From assembly GCA_038204425.1 (NCBI GenBank), contig JBBRCZ010000006.1:1-64000 (forward strand): a stretch of 64,000 bases of DNA, read 5' to 3'. This DNA is from Spirochaetia bacterium. GTDB taxonomy: Bacteria; Spirochaetota; Spirochaetia; DSM-27196; Salinispiraceae. Shown one piece after another: positions 19,880-29,143 of this stretch. A program made the translations under genes and the position numbers. Positions within the stretch are counted from its first letter, which is position 1; every line of letters begins with the position of its first letter. The notes below the pieces were generated by a model. It was not told where the DNA came from. It did no database searches and saw only the letters and a program-made list of their open reading frames with translations.

Positions 19880-22036
19880 ATGCCAAATACAAATACCTTT
19901 AAAGGTCGTATGACCTTACCAGCCGAAAAAGGCATGGACAAAGAACTTGCGCTTCTCATGGAAAAATGGGGCTGCGACGCTGTGCGCGACTCGGATGGCA
20001 CAGAACTACCTGCCAACATCAAAGAATTGGGCATGGATGTCTATTCTACCCTTTGCATGGTGCGAGCAGATAAAGAGTTTGGCCAGAACAATCGCGATGT
20101 CTTGCAACAGAAGTATCTCATGTCGGATCCGGTAACCGCTTTTGAAGACTCCCTGACCATAGAGCTTTTGAAGGGTTACTATGACCAGCAGTTTGAGATT
20201 GATTGTGCTCACCAGCCAGCAAAATGGTGGGAAGTGCGCAATCGTAGCACTGGCGAAGTGCTCAAAAGCAGTGAGTGGGACTTTGATGCCAAAAAAGGCG
20301 CCGTCACCATCGCCAAGGCCCAAAAATATAACGTCTATACCGTGGCTTTTTTGGTCTATCAGGTCTGGGACTCAACTTCAATGTACAACGCACTTACCAA
20401 CGGTTGGTCCGGTGATCATCCCGGTGCTGTTGATCCTTTTCAACCTAAGGCTCGAGAACATCTCAAGGTTTTTTTGCAGAAGTGGCTAGGCGAACACCCA
20501 GCCACCGACATTGTGCGCTTTACTTCAGTGGCCTATCATTTTACCAACATTTTTAGTGATAAGGCTGAGCCACGCTACCGCGATTGGTCGGGCTACACCG
20601 ACATGATCAGCCCCTACATGATCGAAAAATTTGAGAAAGAACGCGGCTATCGATTGAGTCCTGAGGATTTTGTAACAGCTGGCTACCTCAACAGTTGCGA
20701 CCGAGTGCCTAGCAAGCAGTACTTGGATTGGATAGACTTTGTAAACGAGCACTTGGTGGCATTTTGTAAAGAATGGGTAGATATTACGCACCAAGCCAAT
20801 CGCAAGGCGATGTTATTTTTCTGTGACCACTGGATTGGTACCGAGCCCTATGGCAAGCGTTTTGATCAGATTGGGTTTGACTCGCTGGTTAACCCCGTAA
20901 AAAACGCCATCGAGCTGCGCCGTATTGCTGACGTGCCTGGCAACTATCAGCGCGAAGCCCGCCTCTATCCTTACTTCTTCCCCGTTAACCTAGGCAACCA
21001 ACCCAGCTTTGCCCCTGGCGGCAACCCCAAGGCCGAATGTGTTGAATTTTGGATGTTGGTACGTCGAGCGCTTATGCAAAAACTGATAGAACGGATTGGC
21101 TTTGGTGGCTATACCAACTTGGCCGTTCAGTTTCCTGATTTTATTGACTACGTGGCGATTTTGGCTGATGAGTTCCGAGAAATGCACGCTATGAGCCAAG
21201 GTGTGCCAAGCTACAAGGCACCCTTTAAAGTCGGTGTGCTCAACGCTTGGGGCAAGAGCCGTTCGTGGATCACTAAGGAGTTTCACCTTGGCGGCTTGAT
21301 GGAAAGCCTTGGTGGCCTGCCTTTTGAAGTAGAGTTTTTTAACTTTGAAGACATCGAAGCATCAGGTATACCCGCAGGTGTTAAGGTTATTATCAACACG
21401 GGCAACGCAGATACCGCATGGAGTGGCGGACAACATTGGACTCGGGCCAAGGTTACCAGTGCTATCCGCGAGTTTGTTGCCAAGGGTGGTGGCTTTATTG
21501 GCGTCGGCGAACCAAGCGCTCACGATCACGAAGGTAAGTTCTTCCAAATTTCCGACGTCTTGGGAGTCGACAAAGAACGACATATGAGCGTCGGGAGAGT
21601 AAAGACCAAACTGCCAAGCGAAGCAAGTCACTTTATTACCGCCGACGGCGGCTTTGATTTGGGCTTTACCAGCATCGAAATTTTTGCCGATTTTCCCGAG
21701 CAGCTCAAAGTGCTGGTGGCCGCACGGGATGGCATAAAGATAGCCACCAATAATTACCAAAAGGGCCGCAGCGTGTATTTGGCCGGTTATAACTTTAGCT
21801 GGGCCAACGTACGCCTTTTGTACCGAAGTATCTTGTGGGCCGCAGGTCAGGAAGAACTCAGCAAAAAATGGTTTAGCAGTAACTACCACACTGAGGTTTC
21901 GGCCTTTGAAAAAGGCGGGCGCTTTGCGGTTTACAACAACACCAACGATGCCCAAGAGACAGAAGTTTTTAGAGCAGACGGCAAGACAGTAAAAGTAAGT
22001 CTCGCGGGGAACGAATGTAAGTGGTTTGACATTTAG
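19880..22036 (+). CDS. gnpA: GH112 1,3-beta-galactosyl-N-acetylhexosamine phosphorylase (galacto-/lacto-N-biose phosphorylase family)
   Basis: GRMTLP, WGCDAVRDSDGT, MYN..TNGW, VRFT, DHWIGTEP (catalytic Asp), RLYPYFFP, RIGFGGY, VLNAWGK; 718 aa. Confidence 0.9.
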   Translation: MPNTNTFKGRMTLPAEKGMDKELALLMEKWGCDAVRDSDGTELPANIKELGMDVYSTLCMVRADKEFGQNNRDVLQQKYLMSDPVTAFEDSLTIELLKGYYDQQFEIDCAHQPAKWWEVRNRSTGEVLKSSEWDFDAKKGAVTIAKAQKYNVYTVAFLVYQVWDSTSMYNALTNGWSGDHPGAVDPFQPKAREHLKVFLQKWLGEHPATDIVRFTSVAYHFTNIFSDKAEPRYRDWSGYTDMISPYMIEKFEKERGYRLSPEDFVTAGYLNSCDRVPSKQYLDWIDFVNEHLVAFCKEWVDITHQANRKAMLFFCDHWIGTEPYGKRFDQIGFDSLVNPVKNAIELRRIADVPGNYQREARLYPYFFPVNLGNQPSFAPGGNPKAECVEFWMLVRRALMQKLIERIGFGGYTNLAVQFPDFIDYVAILADEFREMHAMSQGVPSYKAPFKVGVLNAWGKSRSWITKEFHLGGLMESLGGLPFEVEFFNFEDIEASGIPAGVKVIINTGNADTAWSGGQHWTRAKVTSAIREFVAKGGGFIGVGEPSAHDHEGKFFQISDVLGVDKERHMSVGRVKTKLPSEASHFITADGGFDLGFTSIEIFADFPEQLKVLVAARDGIKIATNNYQKGRSVYLAGYNFSWANVRLLYRSILWAAGQEELSKKWFSSNYHTEVSAFEKGGRFAVYNNTNDAQETEVFRADGKTVKVSLAGNECKWFDI

Positions 22037-22077
22037 AACTTGAGGCCATGCGCCGTATTATCTTAGGAGCAAAATTT

Positions 22078-24849
22078 ATGGGAACGATCAAATTTGACAA
22101 AGCCGGATTTATCATCAACGGAAAGCGAGAAGTGCTTCATGGTGGTGAGTTCCAGTATTTTCGTATTCTATCCAGTGAGTGGGACGACCGCCTGCGCAAA
22201 ATGAAGCAGTCAGGTGCCAATTTTCTGTCTACGTATATTCCTTGGAGCTGGCACGAGCCGGTCGAAGGTCAGTACGACTGGACCAGCCCGGAACGTGATG
22301 TGCGTCGCTTTTTGGACTTGTGCAAAAAAAACGGTTTGTATGTTGTCATTAAACCCGGTCCCTACATCTGCGCAGAATGGGACTTTGGCGGCTACCCACA
22401 CTGGTTTTACGAAAAAGACGTAGTTTTTCGCACAGGCGAAAAAAACTACATGGCGCTCACTAAAACCTGGTTTAGCGCCTGTGCAGAAGTAATCCGCCCC
22501 TACCTGATCACCAAGGGCGAAGGCCCTATTATTTTGATGCAGGTTGAGAACGAATATGACCACCTCTGCAAGTACCACCCAGAAATCACTGGCAGCAAAG
22601 AAGATGCACGAAAATATGTAACTACCTTGTTGCAATATGGCCGCGACGATGGACTAGATGTGCCAGTCTTTAGCAACGACTGCGAAAGCATCATAGGCAC
22701 CGAAATCATCAACTGTAACACCTACTATCCCAACATTCCATGGTTTACCTGGTGGCGTAACGACTTTTATGAAGAGCAAATGGAAACTAACCTGCGCGAA
22801 CAGCCAGACAAACCTCTCATGGTTCTGGAAGCCCAGGCAGGCTGGTTTAACAAGCACGGCTATCCTATAGTACCCTTTGAACTGCCCTCATTTGAAATGG
22901 CCACCAAATCCATTACTGCTTTTGGTACCAGTCTCATCAATTACTACATGTTTGCCGGTGGTTCTACCTGGCCCTATTGGGGCAGTAAAGGCGACGGCGG
23001 TGGCATTGGCATGACCACAACTTACGACTTTAGCGGCGTTCCTATCCGCGAATGGGGCGAAACTCACGAAGACAAATACGGCTCTTTTAAACTGTGGGCT
23101 TATTTTTTGGCCAGTTATCCGCAGATCGTTACCGAAGCTACGCTCAGCTATGACGCAGTAAAACTAGTCTCGGGTGCCAGCCATCTCAGTGCCCTGTACA
23201 AGGAAAAATCCAGCATCAACGCGGATTTTAAGGACACTTACCAAGGTTTGTTTGCCTTGGCACGCCTAGGAAAAGACTACTCATCGGCCTTAATTCGCAA
23301 CTTAGGTGACGATCAACAATCGCTGACAGCCAAGTTTACATCCACTACCCTGGGCAAGGAAATCACCTTTCCGGCGAGCGGGCCTCTTGATTTAGAGCCC
23401 CATACCGCCACCTTTTTGCCCATAGATTTTACCCTATCAGGTGACCACAAAATTATCTGGTCTGTCAGTGAAGTGGGCTTCAAGAAAGATATTGGCGGCA
23501 GAACCCACGTGATATTGCACGGGCCCAAGGCGCGACCGGGCCAGACTCTGATCGTCAGCAGCCAAGCCCCCAAGCTTTTGGCCGGCGAAGTAAAGCAGGA
23601 AAAAACCAGCGATGGCTGGCTGCTTAGCTATCGTCACGACCAAGAAGCCGCCTTCCAAGTTGGCGAAGTTGTGGTTCTGGTCTACGAAACCTTTGCCGCC
23701 TACAAACTCTGGCAGCAGCCTGACTTCCTTATGCAATCCGACGTATACCACTTGGATCACGTCAAACAAAGCGGCACCACCACCACACTTGGACTACAGA
23801 TTAAAGCTGGCAAAGCACAAAAAACATCGCTGATAGCCAGTAAAAAAATTAAAAAGATCAGTTTGGCTGGCGAGCCAATACCCTTTAAGCCGCTCAAAGG
23901 CATCGACGGCGGCGTTAGTTTTCAACTTGACCAAGCCCCCGTCCAAGCTGCCAAAGCTGAGTGGACAAGTAACTGGAAGTATCAATACGACTCAGCCGAA
24001 AGTTTGTCAGGCTATGACGACACTAGCTGGGGAAGCATTGCAGCCGACAAGCCCTTGGAGCTGGACAAACACTATGAACACGGCTTCTATTGGTACCGCT
24101 GGGCTTTTGACGTGCAGGGCAACGTGGAGAGTCTCTTTCTAGACTTTAAGACCAACAACTACGACCGCTACTTGGTCTACCTCAACGGCGAGCTAATTCT
24201 GACTCATAATCGCTCGTACTGGATCGACATAGGTAAAAAGATCAAACAAGGCAAGAACCATGTTGCGGTCATGTACGTTTACGAGTGGCACACCAAAGCT
24301 CATCCACACGAAGGCCCCATCAAAAAAATCTCAGGCCTCTACTTGCCAGTCTGTGTGCGCGGCGTGATTGACGGTAAAGACCACAAAGAAGAATTTAAGT
24401 CCTACAAGATGCGACCCTTCCTCGGCGGCGACTTGGCCAAGTTCCAATCGCCCGACTTTGATGACTCCAAGTGGCCGCAAGCTGCTCCCAACAAAAAGTA
24501 CATCATCCAAGAGGACTTGGGCATCTTTGCCTGGTTTAGACGTGAGTTTAGCTTTAGTAAAAAAGAAGGCTGGGAAGCGCCACTTTTGCTACGCATCAAA
24601 AAACTCAAAGAGCGAAGCTTGTTTTTTGTAAATGGACACGCCTGTGGACGCAGTGAAAATGTTGGCCCTCAAGTCGACTTTTACATTCCTGCACAATGGC
24701 TCAAAGAACAGAACAACTTTACCATGCTCATCGAAGGCCCCGGCTATGGTGATCGTCACTTGGGTTATAAACCGGCTTGGTTTGAAGAACTGGAGTTTGA
24801 CTTTTATTACAACGCTCGCCATATCGACATAGTGCTCGAGACAGAATAG
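22078..24849 (+). CDS. GH35 beta-galactosidase with C-terminal jelly-roll domains (no signal peptide)
   Basis: GGEFQYFR, TYIPWSWHEP, KPGPYICAEWDFGGYP, QVENEY, EAQAGWF, NYYMFAGG, TTYD, GPQVDFYIP. Start moved to ATG 22078, which follows AGGAG. Confidence 0.9.
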   Translation: MGTIKFDKAGFIINGKREVLHGGEFQYFRILSSEWDDRLRKMKQSGANFLSTYIPWSWHEPVEGQYDWTSPERDVRRFLDLCKKNGLYVVIKPGPYICAEWDFGGYPHWFYEKDVVFRTGEKNYMALTKTWFSACAEVIRPYLITKGEGPIILMQVENEYDHLCKYHPEITGSKEDARKYVTTLLQYGRDDGLDVPVFSNDCESIIGTEIINCNTYYPNIPWFTWWRNDFYEEQMETNLREQPDKPLMVLEAQAGWFNKHGYPIVPFELPSFEMATKSITAFGTSLINYYMFAGGSTWPYWGSKGDGGGIGMTTTYDFSGVPIREWGETHEDKYGSFKLWAYFLASYPQIVTEATLSYDAVKLVSGASHLSALYKEKSSINADFKDTYQGLFALARLGKDYSSALIRNLGDDQQSLTAKFTSTTLGKEITFPASGPLDLEPHTATFLPIDFTLSGDHKIIWSVSEVGFKKDIGGRTHVILHGPKARPGQTLIVSSQAPKLLAGEVKQEKTSDGWLLSYRHDQEAAFQVGEVVVLVYETFAAYKLWQQPDFLMQSDVYHLDHVKQSGTTTTLGLQIKAGKAQKTSLIASKKIKKISLAGEPIPFKPLKGIDGGVSFQLDQAPVQAAKAEWTSNWKYQYDSAESLSGYDDTSWGSIAADKPLELDKHYEHGFYWYRWAFDVQGNVESLFLDFKTNNYDRYLVYLNGELILTHNRSYWIDIGKKIKQGKNHVAVMYVYEWHTKAHPHEGPIKKISGLYLPVCVRGVIDGKDHKEEFKSYKMRPFLGGDLAKFQSPDFDDSKWPQAAPNKKYIIQEDLGIFAWFRREFSFSKKEGWEAPLLLRIKKLKERSLFFVNGHACGRSENVGPQVDFYIPAQWLKEQNNFTMLIEGPGYGDRHLGYKPAWFEELEFDFYYNARHIDIVLETE

Positions 24850-24897
24850 GACTCTTCAAAGGCCATCAAAAGGGGCGCCTGCCCCTAGGCTCCATAA

Positions 24898-24924
24898 AAA
24901 AGCCCGCCAAACCGGCGGGCTTTT
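24898..24924. terminator. Bidirectional intrinsic terminator
   Basis: AAAAGCCCGCC-AAACC-GGCGGGCTTTT between convergent genes. Confidence 0.9.
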
Positions 24925-24959
24925 GTTATTGCGCCACCCCCTTTTTGGCGAGTAGGCTG

Positions 24960-25496
24960 CTAGAATCTAAACTGCCATCTGAGACTGAGCACATCTTGGT
25001 CGTCTCGGGCCTGATTGGGACGGTTTCTTCTCAGGTCATCGTTGAGTTGGCCATCACCTCGTGGTCGGATGCGTCTTTCATCCTCAAAGTCACGGTCTCG
25101 TCGTTTGCCTTGGTTGGCAGCGATTGCTTCTTGGGCCAGCCTTCGTGCATACAAGGAGTGTTGCATTGCACTTTGATAGTCAGCCTGTCTAAAAAGATCA
25201 TAGGCAAACTCTTGGTTTGAGTAGGCATCGGCAAGCTTGCCGGTAAAGACACGGTTGTTGATGACCACTTCCTTGGCATGATCCAAGACTTGGTCGGTGC
25301 GTAGAATTACCTCACGAGCAAGCTCGCGGTCAGAGTCTACTGTACTTGTGGTGGTTCGACTGATGCGAGCTGAGTAAAATCCAGCACAGTTGGTCAAAGC
25401 AATAGCGGCCGCTACTAGAACTAGTAGTACAAGACCTGTCAGTTTTGCGCGTTTAGTCACGTTAAATCCCTTATTTGATTTTAGAAATACTGGCAT
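24960..25496 (-). CDS. Hypothetical exported, possibly lipoprotein, helical protein
   Basis: Basic N-terminus, hydrophobic stretch and LTNC; helical core; charged tail. Exact start uncertain. Confidence 0.65.
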   Translation of the reverse strand: MPVFLKSNKGFNVTKRAKLTGLVLLVLVAAAIALTNCAGFYSARISRTTTSTVDSDRELAREVILRTDQVLDHAKEVVINNRVFTGKLADAYSNQEFAYDLFRQADYQSAMQHSLYARRLAQEAIAANQGKRRDRDFEDERRIRPRGDGQLNDDLRRNRPNQARDDQDVLSLRWQFRF

Positions 25497-25729
25497 CCAC
25501 GCGAGACGCTTAAATCGAACGCACGGAGAAGTTTTGCAAAACCTACGATTGGTTTACATGGGTCTAGGACCTGCCTAGACCTATAAGGTACTTATAACTG
25601 TCTCAAAGCACCAAATTTTGTCCGGTTTAGCTATGCACCACGCTTCTGATTGAAAACAAGAGCTAAATCATTAGTTTGGCGTGTAGCTATCGGGGGCAGG
25701 AAAAACAAGAAAGAAAACCGCAAAAAATC

Positions 25730-25758
25730 TTGACCAACGATCGAGCAATAACTACTAT
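25730..25758 (+). promoter_or_regulatory. Putative sigma70 promoter
   Basis: TTGACC, 17-nt spacer, TACTAT, followed by AGGAGA and the ATG at 25780. Confidence 0.6.
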
Positions 25759-25779
25759 TCTGAATATAGGAGATTCACT

Positions 25780-26193
25780 ATGAAATCAATCAAAGTTATT
25801 GCTCTATCAATAATGATCTTGTTCGTTGGAAGTCAGTTTGTTGCAGCTCAGGCCAGTACATCCACCACCTTAGCAGCCTACAATGCCGAAGCCACCAAAA
25901 AGGCAATGCGAGAGTTTTGGGGAGCACTTAACGCCATCAAAGCACCCGTAACTACTAGTAATTTTTATGCGATCGCCGATCAGTTTATTGTAATTGCTAA
26001 GTCGGCCTCAAGCCTCATTGCTACTAAAGCCCCCAAGGGTAGCGACGCCGCCTGGGTCCAGTCGTGGGACAAGTTTATCTCAGCAGCCTACCGAGGTGTG
26101 GGAGCAGCTGGCGAGAAGGACATCGCCAAGGTTAAAAAAGTTCTAGAAGAAATAACGGAACTTAACAAGACCGGCCACGCTCAGTTCAAATAA
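25780..26193 (+). CDS. Secreted four-helix protein, cytochrome b562/c'-like
   Basis: Signal peptide (..FVAAQA); helical mature part with Met near the N-terminus (KKAMREF) and C-terminal NKTGHAQFK; no CxxCH. Confidence 0.55.
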   Translation: MKSIKVIALSIMILFVGSQFVAAQASTSTTLAAYNAEATKKAMREFWGALNAIKAPVTTSNFYAIADQFIVIAKSASSLIATKAPKGSDAAWVQSWDKFISAAYRGVGAAGEKDIAKVKKVLEEITELNKTGHAQFK

Positions 26194-26213
26194 ACTGCAG
26201 AGCCCGTTTCATT

Positions 26214-26969
26214 TTATACCAGAATCAGGTTGGGCGTGCCATTATGTTCGACGCCAACCTGGTTGCTTATAATCTTGGTAAAAGCGCTGGTCTCCGAGAA
26301 CTTTAGAAATCCCTTCTGTTGCAACTTGCTATCGTCAGCAAGCAAATAGGATCGGCTTGCATTTTCTAGTCCAATGCGTTTCATCAAGAGACTTTCCATC
26401 TCCGTGGTATAGGCCCAACCTTGTTGAAGATCTAGGCCAGAACAGCCCATAAACGCCGCGTCAAAATTAAACTGCTTGAGGTTTTCTTGAGCTACCGAGC
26501 CTACAACCATGTCATAATGTGGCAAAAATCTGCCGCCCACCAAAAATATCTCGGCGCGTGCATTGGCAAAATGCTGCAGCACAAGTGAATTGTAGGTCAC
26601 GATCTTGATATTTTTCCTTGAGAGAATCTCTGCTAGCGGCACCATGCTTGTTCCCCCGTCGAGGAATATGCAGTCGCCATCGCTAACCAGCTCACTGGCA
26701 AACTTGCAGATCTTGGTCTTGGCTTCAATGTGCAGACCAATTTTTTGATTCATCGTAAGCTCAGCCGCGTCTATTTTTTCTTCGCTACTGGTCTCAATGG
26801 TTGCCCCACCAACAACGCGTTTGAGTTTGCCTTCTGATTCCAGCTTCTCAAAATCTCGTCGTACGGTGACTTCTGAAATCTCAAGGTTTTTGGCGATTTC
26901 TTTGAGGTTGATGATGCCTTTTGCATTGAGACTTTGCAAAATATAGCGTGAACGTTCAGAAGCAATCAT
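26214..26969 (-). CDS. DeoR/GlpR-family transcriptional regulator
   Basis: HTH ISEVTVRRDF..LE..GKLKRVVGGA; FLDGGTS; LADDSK. Confidence 0.93.
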   Translation of the reverse strand: MIASERSRYILQSLNAKGIINLKEIAKNLEISEVTVRRDFEKLESEGKLKRVVGGATIETSSEEKIDAAELTMNQKIGLHIEAKTKICKFASELVSDGDCIFLDGGTSMVPLAEILSRKNIKIVTYNSLVLQHFANARAEIFLVGGRFLPHYDMVVGSVAQENLKQFNFDAAFMGCSGLDLQQGWAYTTEMESLLMKRIGLENASRSYLLADDSKLQQKGFLKFSETSAFTKIISNQVGVEHNGTPNLILV

Positions 26970-26989
26970 AGCGATACCTCGTATACTTT

Positions 26990-27967
26990 CTATAGTAAGT
27001 CAGCAGAAAACTCAATCTTGACTTGGGCGCGGATCTGATCTAAGACCATCAAGGTTTGGCGTGAGTACTGGTTAAAACTCTGCGCCTCTTGCGGTACTGC
27101 GCACAGTTGGATAAACTTGTTTAGTTCGTAGTACATATCTTCTTCTAGGTTCTGAACTTGGTAATTCTCTGGATCTTTTCCACGCAAAGCAACGTGCACC
27201 GTGCGGGGACAGCCCAGATGGTCAAAAAGAATAGTGCCTTGCTCGCCAATAATCTCATTCCATGCCACCGAGTCGCCAATTTTTGAGTAGACCAAGCTGG
27301 CTTGCATGGTGGGGTAGCTGGCAATTACACTTCCAGCGCCATCGATGCCATTGGACAGTTTGATATCTGAGGCGAGTATCGACTGAGGTGGCCCAAAGAA
27401 TCGCATCAACATGTGCACTACGTAGACGCCAATATCCATCAGTGCTCCATTGGACAAGTTTGGATCAAAGGCGTTTTCAATTTTGCCTTGCTTAAAATCA
27501 TCATAGCGCGATGAGTATTGGCAATAGTGCAGTTTTACTTGGCGTACTGGCTCAATGCTGGCAATTTTTGAAGCTATGAGCTCGGTTGACGGCATAAACA
27601 TAGGTCTCATGGCCTCAAGTAAGACGCGCTTGTTGGTGTGTGCCGCATCAAACATGCGCTGCAGTTCTTTGCTGTTGGATGCCAAAGGTTTTTCGCACAA
27701 AACGTGCTTGAGGGCTTCCAGCATGCTGATGCTATGAAATGCGTGGTAGGCCGTAGGGCTGGCCACATAGACTGCGTCGACCAACTCGCAATCAGCTATT
27801 TGCTGCAAGGTGTCAAAGGCAAGGCAGCCGGTGTAAGACGCAGCAAAGGTGTCGGCCTTAAGTTTTGACCTTGAATAGACGGCGGCAAGGCTTGCATTGG
27901 GCATAGTGCGTATGCAGCTAGCAAAACGCCGGGCGATGGCACTAGTTCCAATTATTGCAAACCTCAT
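26990..27967 (-). CDS. Gfo/Idh/MocA NAD(P)-dependent oxidoreductase (YgjR/IolU-like)
   Basis: IIGTSAIA, VYVASPT..H, HVLCEKP, CQYSSRYD, NGALMDIGVY. Confidence 0.9.
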   Translation of the reverse strand: MRFAIIGTSAIARRFASCIRTMPNASLAAVYSRSKLKADTFAASYTGCLAFDTLQQIADCELVDAVYVASPTAYHAFHSISMLEALKHVLCEKPLASNSKELQRMFDAAHTNKRVLLEAMRPMFMPSTELIASKIASIEPVRQVKLHYCQYSSRYDDFKQGKIENAFDPNLSNGALMDIGVYVVHMLMRFFGPPQSILASDIKLSNGIDGAGSVIASYPTMQASLVYSKIGDSVAWNEIIGEQGTILFDHLGCPRTVHVALRGKDPENYQVQNLEEDMYYELNKFIQLCAVPQEAQSFNQYSRQTLMVLDQIRAQVKIEFSADLL

Positions 27968-28947
27968 GCGTCCTCAAAACGGCAACAACAGACCAGATGG
28001 TCTTCAATCATTGCCGCGCCTATGATGCCGGCGTCATTGCCAAGGCTGGCTATTCTTACTTTTGGCGCGCCAATGGCGGAGTAAGCAAAGACATAGTCTT
28101 CTAACTTTTGGTTAATAGGATTTAGAAGGGCATCACCTTGCTGGCAGACGCCCCCCCCGATTAGGACCACCTTGGGTCTAAAAATGGTGACTAAATTGGC
28201 AATGCCGGCTGCAACGTAAGACAAATAGCGGTCAATTACTGCCATGGCAGTTGGATCGCCAGCATTAGAAGCGAGAAAGGCAATATTTCCATCGACCTTA
28301 CTCAAGTTACCGCCAGAAAGAGAATGCAGCAAAGAGTCGGGGTTGGCCTTCATGGCCGCTTGGGTTTGTTTAACCAGAGCGCTTCCTGAGGCATAAGCTT
28401 CTAAGCAGCCGCGCTTACCGCAGCTGCAAGGCTCGCCCTCAAAAACTAAAGTGGTGTGGCCAACTTCGGCACCCATCTGGTCGCAGCCGTTAAATATTTG
28501 CCCATTAAGAATTATGCCGCCCCCCACACCGGTGCCGAGGGTAACCATAACCACATTCTCAAATGATTTAGCCGCTCCAGCTAAGGACTCACCAAGGGCT
28601 GCGCAGTCAGCATCGTTGGCAAATGATAGGTGTCTGCCAAAACGCGCGGTTAGTTGATCTTTTACCGGGGCATTTTCCCAACACATGCTATTGGCAAAGA
28701 CTAAGAGTCCGGTTTTGGGGTTTATACAGCTTGGTGTGCCTATGCCCAAAGAGCGCATGTCCGCCAAACTTAGAGAAGCCTTTTCTAGTGCCTGTTGGGC
28801 GACTTTGACTATATCAGACAGAACCAAGTCAAATGCCCGACCTGCACCGGTAGCAAGGCTCGCACGGGACACCAGCTGGTAGTTTTCGTCAACGACTCCC
28901 GCCGCAATTTTTGTTCCACCTAAGTCAATGCCAAGGTAATGTTTCAT
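27964..28947 (-). CDS. ROK-family sugar kinase
   Basis: GIDLGGTK, NDADCAALGE, TLGTGVGGG, EVGH, CSCGKRGCLEAYAS, LGNDAGIIGAA; no HTH. Confidence 0.92.
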   Translation of the reverse strand: MKHYLGIDLGGTKIAAGVVDENYQLVSRASLATGAGRAFDLVLSDIVKVAQQALEKASLSLADMRSLGIGTPSCINPKTGLLVFANSMCWENAPVKDQLTARFGRHLSFANDADCAALGESLAGAAKSFENVVMVTLGTGVGGGIILNGQIFNGCDQMGAEVGHTTLVFEGEPCSCGKRGCLEAYASGSALVKQTQAAMKANPDSLLHSLSGGNLSKVDGNIAFLASNAGDPTAMAVIDRYLSYVAAGIANLVTIFRPKVVLIGGGVCQQGDALLNPINQKLEDYVFAYSAIGAPKVRIASLGNDAGIIGAAMIEDHLVCCCRFEDA

Positions 28948-29010
28948 CGCAATTCGTCTCCAGAGCTCAGAAGGTTAATAATGCATAGCATAGCATCGTT
29001 TTATCTATAG

Positions 29011-29130
29011 CACAATCAAAAACGATCGAAAAAGATCACAATTGAACTGGAAAGTGAATATATGCGATCAAAATGAGGCGAAACACTGATTCAAGTTGAT
29101 TAAAAATGATAACGGATGTATAATAATGAT
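29011..29130. promoter_or_regulatory. Divergent control region: 10-bp-phased direct repeats (candidate DeoR operators) overlapping a sigma70 promoter for nanE
   Basis: ATC cores at 29015, 29025, 29035; TGAT at 29087, 29097, 29107, 29127; promoter TTGATT (29096-29101), 17-nt spacer, TATAAT (29119-29124). Confidence 0.65.
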
Positions 29131-29143
29131 AAAGGAGATTGAA

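Noticed and set aside
26990..27967. 2,7-anhydro-Neu5Ac oxidoreductase (NanOx/YjhC) and a standard sialic-acid nan operon
   Set aside because: Motifs look YgjR/IolU-like, and no nanA, sialidase or transporter is present. Family membership alone is insufficient.
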